Source: Candidatus Eiseniibacteriota bacterium
Lineage (GTDB): Bacteria > Eisenbacteria > RBG-16-71-46 > DASYSL01
NCBI GenBank assembly: GCA_046598045.1
Contig: JBKJJJ010000037.1
Location: 1-11,840 of the forward strand
Direction: 5' to 3'
Length of the DNA stretch: 11,840 bases
The notes under the pieces were generated by a model, which saw only the letters and a list, made by a program, of their open reading frames with translations, searched no databases and was not told the DNA's origin. The position numbers and the translations under genes are program-made. The stretch's first letter is position 1. Every line of letters starts with the position of its first letter. Below are positions 8,969-11,840 of this stretch, piece after piece.

Positions 8969-9482
8969 CCCGCGCTTCACCCGGGCAGCGTTCGCGCTGC
9001 TGGTCCCGGCGCTGATCGCGGCGGGCTGCAGCTACTCGCCGAACCCGGCGCTGTTCCCGACGCACCTGAAGACCATCGCCGTGCCCGTGTTCCAGAACCG
9101 GACCACGCAGCCCGCGCTCGAGGACGAGGTCACGACCGCGGTGGTGAACCGCTTCATCCGCGACTCCAAGCTGCGCGTCGTGTCCGAGGACCAGGCCGAC
9201 CTCGTGATCACCGGCGGCGTGTCGGCCTACAAGAACGCGGTCTTCGGCTTCAACGCCCGCGAGCAGGCGCAGGAGTACCAGGTCGCGGTCACGGTCGTCG
9301 TGACCGTGCGCGACAGGGTGAAGAACCGCGAGCTCTGGAAGGACGACGGCCTCGTCCGTACCGCGAACTACTTCGTCACCGCCTCGCCCGGCCAGGCTCC
9401 GCAGACCGAGGCCCAGGGCCGCGTCGCGGCGGTCGACAAGCTCGCCGACGCGATCCTCAACCGCACGGTCGAGAACTGGTAG
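8952..9482 (+). CDS. lptE: LptE-family (LPS assembly) lipoprotein, 176 aa
   Basis: Lipoprotein signal with lipobox IAAG-C followed by SY; KTIAVPVFQNRT.QP.LE and ADLVITG motifs; C-terminal AV..LA..I...TVENW; directly upstream of holA. Confidence 0.78.
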
Positions 9483-10519
9483 TGGCGACCAAGCGCGCCG
9501 CCGCTTCGGGCAAGCCCCGCGCCGCCGCCGGCCGCGCTGCCGCCGCCGCGCCCCGTGCGGGCGGCCCCGCCGCCTGCGAGGCCTGGCTCGCGCGCGCCGC
9601 CGACTCCCCGGGCACGACCTACCTCTCGGGCAATGACGAATCGCTCAAGACCGAGATCCTGCACGCGCTCAAGGAGGCCTGGCTCGCCGCCGTACCCGAC
9701 TCGCCGCCCTCGGTCCTGCGCGCCGCCGAGGCGGGCCCCTCGGGCGTACTCGGGGCCGTCCAGGGCGGCTCGCTCTTCGCCTCGCGCTCGCTCGTGATCA
9801 CGCTGCGGGTCGAGGACTGGGCGCGCTCGTCGTCGATCCCGATCGCGGTCGGCCAGGCGCTCGCCCAGATCCCGCCCGAGAACCTCCTGGTGTTCGTCGA
9901 GTCGGCGGGGGACAGCGAGCGCAAGCACTTGAACCCGCTGCGCGCCGCCTGCGCCCGCGTGTTCGCGCTCGACGGCCTCCCGCCGAGCGAGCTCAAGCAC
10001 TGGGCCGAGCGCCACGCCCGCCGGCAGGGGCTCGCGCTCGCGACCGACGCGTGGGACGCCCTGTTCGGGATGCCACGCCTCGACGCCGGCGAGGTCTTCA
10101 ACGAGCTCGACAAGCTCGCCGCCTGGGCCGGTGACGGTGGCACGGTCACGCGCGAGCAGACGCTCGCGCTCGTCCACCCGGCTGGCGGCGCCACGCTCTC
10201 CGACCTCGCCGACGCGGTCGCCTCCCGCCACGCTGCGGCCGCAATGGATTGCCTGCTGCGCGCGCTCGAGGGCGGCGAGTCGCCCGGCTCGATCCTGTTC
10301 CAGCTGGGCTCGCTGCTCGCGGGCGCGCTGCGCCTCAAGGGCGGCGGCGGGGGCTGGATCCGCGACCGCCGGCGCTCCGCGGTCATCGCCCAGGGCTGGG
10401 CCTCCGAGGACGTGGCGCGCGGGCTCGACCTGCTCTACCGCTGCGAGCGCGCGTGGAAAACGGGACGAGCCCCCGACGACACGCTGCTCGTGCGCGCCGT
10501 GCAGGGGCTCACCGCGTAG
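9482..10519 (+). CDS. holA: DNA polymerase III delta subunit (divergent), 345 aa
   Basis: TAGTG overlap; YLSGND, SLFASRSLV, L..WA...A...GL.L, NELDKL..W, L.DAV and C-terminal D/E..WKTG match HolA; conserved lptE-holA order. Confidence 0.8.
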   Translation: MATKRAAASGKPRAAAGRAAAAAPRAGGPAACEAWLARAADSPGTTYLSGNDESLKTEILHALKEAWLAAVPDSPPSVLRAAEAGPSGVLGAVQGGSLFASRSLVITLRVEDWARSSSIPIAVGQALAQIPPENLLVFVESAGDSERKHLNPLRAACARVFALDGLPPSELKHWAERHARRQGLALATDAWDALFGMPRLDAGEVFNELDKLAAWAGDGGTVTREQTLALVHPAGGATLSDLADAVASRHAAAAMDCLLRALEGGESPGSILFQLGSLLAGALRLKGGGGGWIRDRRRSAVIAQGWASEDVARGLDLLYRCERAWKTGRAPDDTLLVRAVQGLTA

Positions 10520-10540
10520 CATCCTCCCGGATCGAGCGGG

Positions 10541-11011
10541 CTACATGTGCTTCATCATCTTGTCGTCCGCTACCACCACCGAGTCCACGATCAGCGTCTT
10601 GATCCCGCCGACATTGCGCAGCGTGCCCGTCGCCATGACCGACTTCGCGGCCATCGTGCGGACCAACTTGTAGGCCTCGTCGTGTCCCGGGTGCTGCAGC
10701 AAAAGGACGGTCTGCCCGTTCTTGAGCAGGAGCGCGACGGGGTCACCCGCCTCGAGGCTGTGCATCGCGCAACTCGCATGCTCGGCGCCGTGTTCGCCAT
10801 GGGTCGCGAAGCACTCCGCGCTCATGACCTCGCCCTTGAGCGTGACGGTCTTGTCGCCCTTCATCTTCATCATCATGCCCATTTCGCCGGCCATCTTGTC
10901 GCCCATCATCTTGTCGCCGGCCATCTTGTCTTCGGCCGACGAAATCCTCGCCGTGGCGGGCATGAGGCAGATCGTCGCGAGCAGGGCAGCCAGGGTCAGT
11001 ACGCGCTTCAT
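10541..11011 (-). CDS. Secreted hypothetical protein, Met-rich, with C-x3-HG-x2-G-x2-H-x2-C motif (putative metal-binding), 156 aa
   Basis: SD AGGAG (11025-11021) before ATG 11011; signal peptide MKRVLTLAALLATICLMPA..SSA; DKMxG repeats; gap-free alignment with the neighbouring paralog. Confidence 0.85.
   Translation of the reverse strand: MKRVLTLAALLATICLMPATARISSAEDKMAGDKMMGDKMAGEMGMMMKMKGDKTVTLKGEVMSAECFATHGEHGAEHASCAMHSLEAGDPVALLLKNGQTVLLLQHPGHDEAYKLVRTMAAKSVMATGTLRNVGGIKTLIVDSVVVADDKMMKHM
10886..10930 (-). repeat. Three tandem 15-nt coding repeats (DKMAG-DKMMG-DKMAG)
   Basis: On the + strand: GCCGGCCATCTTGTC / GCCCATCATCTTGTC / GCCGGCCATCTTGTC. Confidence 0.85.
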
Positions 11012-11044
11012 GGGGTTTGTCTCCTGTTGTGGCCCGGCGACGCC

Positions 11045-11065
11045 GGGAACTGGGAACCGGGAACC
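11045..11065. repeat. Tandem heptamer repeat (GGGAACY)x3 in the 5' leader of the 156-aa gene
   Basis: GGGAACT GGGAACC GGGAACC read directly from the sequence. Confidence 0.7.
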
Positions 11066-11119
11066 GGTTGACGTACAGCGCACCGGCAGCAGCGCCGGGC
11101 TAGGTGCTTTGCAAACCCG

Positions 11120-11144
11120 TACGTGGGAAGCCTGGCCGGGTGAC
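11120..11144 (-). promoter_or_regulatory. Putative ECF-sigma promoter GTCAC-N16-CGTA (copy 1)
   Basis: Minus strand GTCAC (11144-11140), 16 nt, CGTA (11123-11120), about 110 nt upstream of ATG 11011. The same architecture occurs upstream of the paralog. Confidence 0.6.
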
Positions 11145-11167
11145 CTTGGCCCGACCGCGCGCCCCCT

Positions 11168-11632
11168 TCAGAGTGCGGGCTGGGCCGCTGTGACGAGCAT
11201 CACCGTGAGCCCGCCCCGGTCGCTGCGCGTTCCTTTGAGGTCCACGCTTCGCCCCACCAGATTTCGGAGCACGAGCTTCAACTCGGTGCGATCGCGTTCC
11301 ACGAGCAGGAGCAGTGCCTTGCCATCTTGCAGCCGAACGAACATGGGGTCGCCGTCCGCCAATCCCCGCGCCGCGCAGGCTGAGTGCGCCGGGCCGAAAC
11401 CTCCGTGGCTCGCCAGGCAGGCGCCATCGACGATCTCGCCCGTGAGGATGACCTCGGGGTTCGCTGCGCGCTCAGCGCTGCCGGCCTGGATTTGGAGGGT
11501 CTGGTCCCTGGTCAGGGCGCCCGCACCGGCAGCATGCGGGCACGCTGCCGAGCCGTGGTCATCCGCGAAGGCGCCTCCGCCGGTGGTCCCGAGGACAGCC
11601 AGCAGGGCGGTGCAGGACATCCAGCCCTTCAT
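11168..11632 (-). CDS. Secreted hypothetical protein, paralog of 10541-11011, same Cys/His motif, 154 aa
   Basis: SD GGAGAGGAG 6 nt before ATG 11632; signal peptide ending GAFA; core VILTGEIVDGACLASHGGFGPAHSACA..GDP aligns with the paralog. Confidence 0.8.
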   Translation of the reverse strand: MKGWMSCTALLAVLGTTGGGAFADDHGSAACPHAAGAGALTRDQTLQIQAGSAERAANPEVILTGEIVDGACLASHGGFGPAHSACAARGLADGDPMFVRLQDGKALLLLVERDRTELKLVLRNLVGRSVDLKGTRSDRGGLTVMLVTAAQPAL

Positions 11633-11722
11633 CGGACACTCCTCTCCGCTGTCGAACCCGATCCCATTGGAGGTCGCGAGGGATGCTCGGACGGCCCCTT
11701 TCGACGACCACTCCGCGTTGAT

Positions 11723-11747
11723 TACGCGCCGGTCCCGGGGAAGTGAC
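11723..11747 (-). promoter_or_regulatory. Putative ECF-sigma promoter GTCAC-N16-CGTA (copy 2)
   Basis: Minus strand GTCAC (11747-11743), 16 nt, CGTA (11726-11723), about 90 nt upstream of ATG 11632. Confidence 0.6.
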
Positions 11748-11840
11748 GTATGGGGCATCCCAACCAGGGGCGGGCCCGGATTGATCATTGGGCTCTCCGC
11801 GGCCCTCTGCGAGGGGCCGCTGCAGTTTGCACCCGACCAT

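Noticed and set aside
10520..10540. Intrinsic terminator between the convergent genes
   Set aside because: Only a 4-bp CCCG/CGGG stem and no U tract on either strand.
11633..11788. ORF-track longer starts for the minus-strand genes (11788 and 11083)
   Set aside because: Strong SD sequences and signal peptides begin at 11632 and 11011, and the 11788 extension overlaps the promoter motif.

Overview
GC-rich bacterial chromosomal window; the lineage cannot be assigned from sequence alone. On the + strand, a sigma70-type promoter and tRNA-Arg(CCG) are followed by a MenG/UbiE methyltransferase, a small 2-TM protein, a consensus sigma54 promoter and a GAF-GGDEF protein. Next come a WbpB/WbpD/WbpE-like amino-sugar trio, a GAF-PAS histidine kinase, an NtrC-family response regulator, lptE and holA. 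On the - strand are two paralogous secreted Cys/His-motif proteins, each preceded by the same ECF-type GTCAC-N16-CGTA motif. The most notable signal is that the GGDEF domain carries the Hypr/GacA signature (Ser instead of the guanine-selecting Asp, and NYR instead of NRR), making it a candidate 3',3'-cGAMP synthase. It lies behind a sigma54 promoter, in a locus whose enhancer-binding protein reads GASTDA instead of GAFTGA and whose kinase has a 4-Cys insert in its GAF domain. All calls are by-eye motif recognition; no searches were run.
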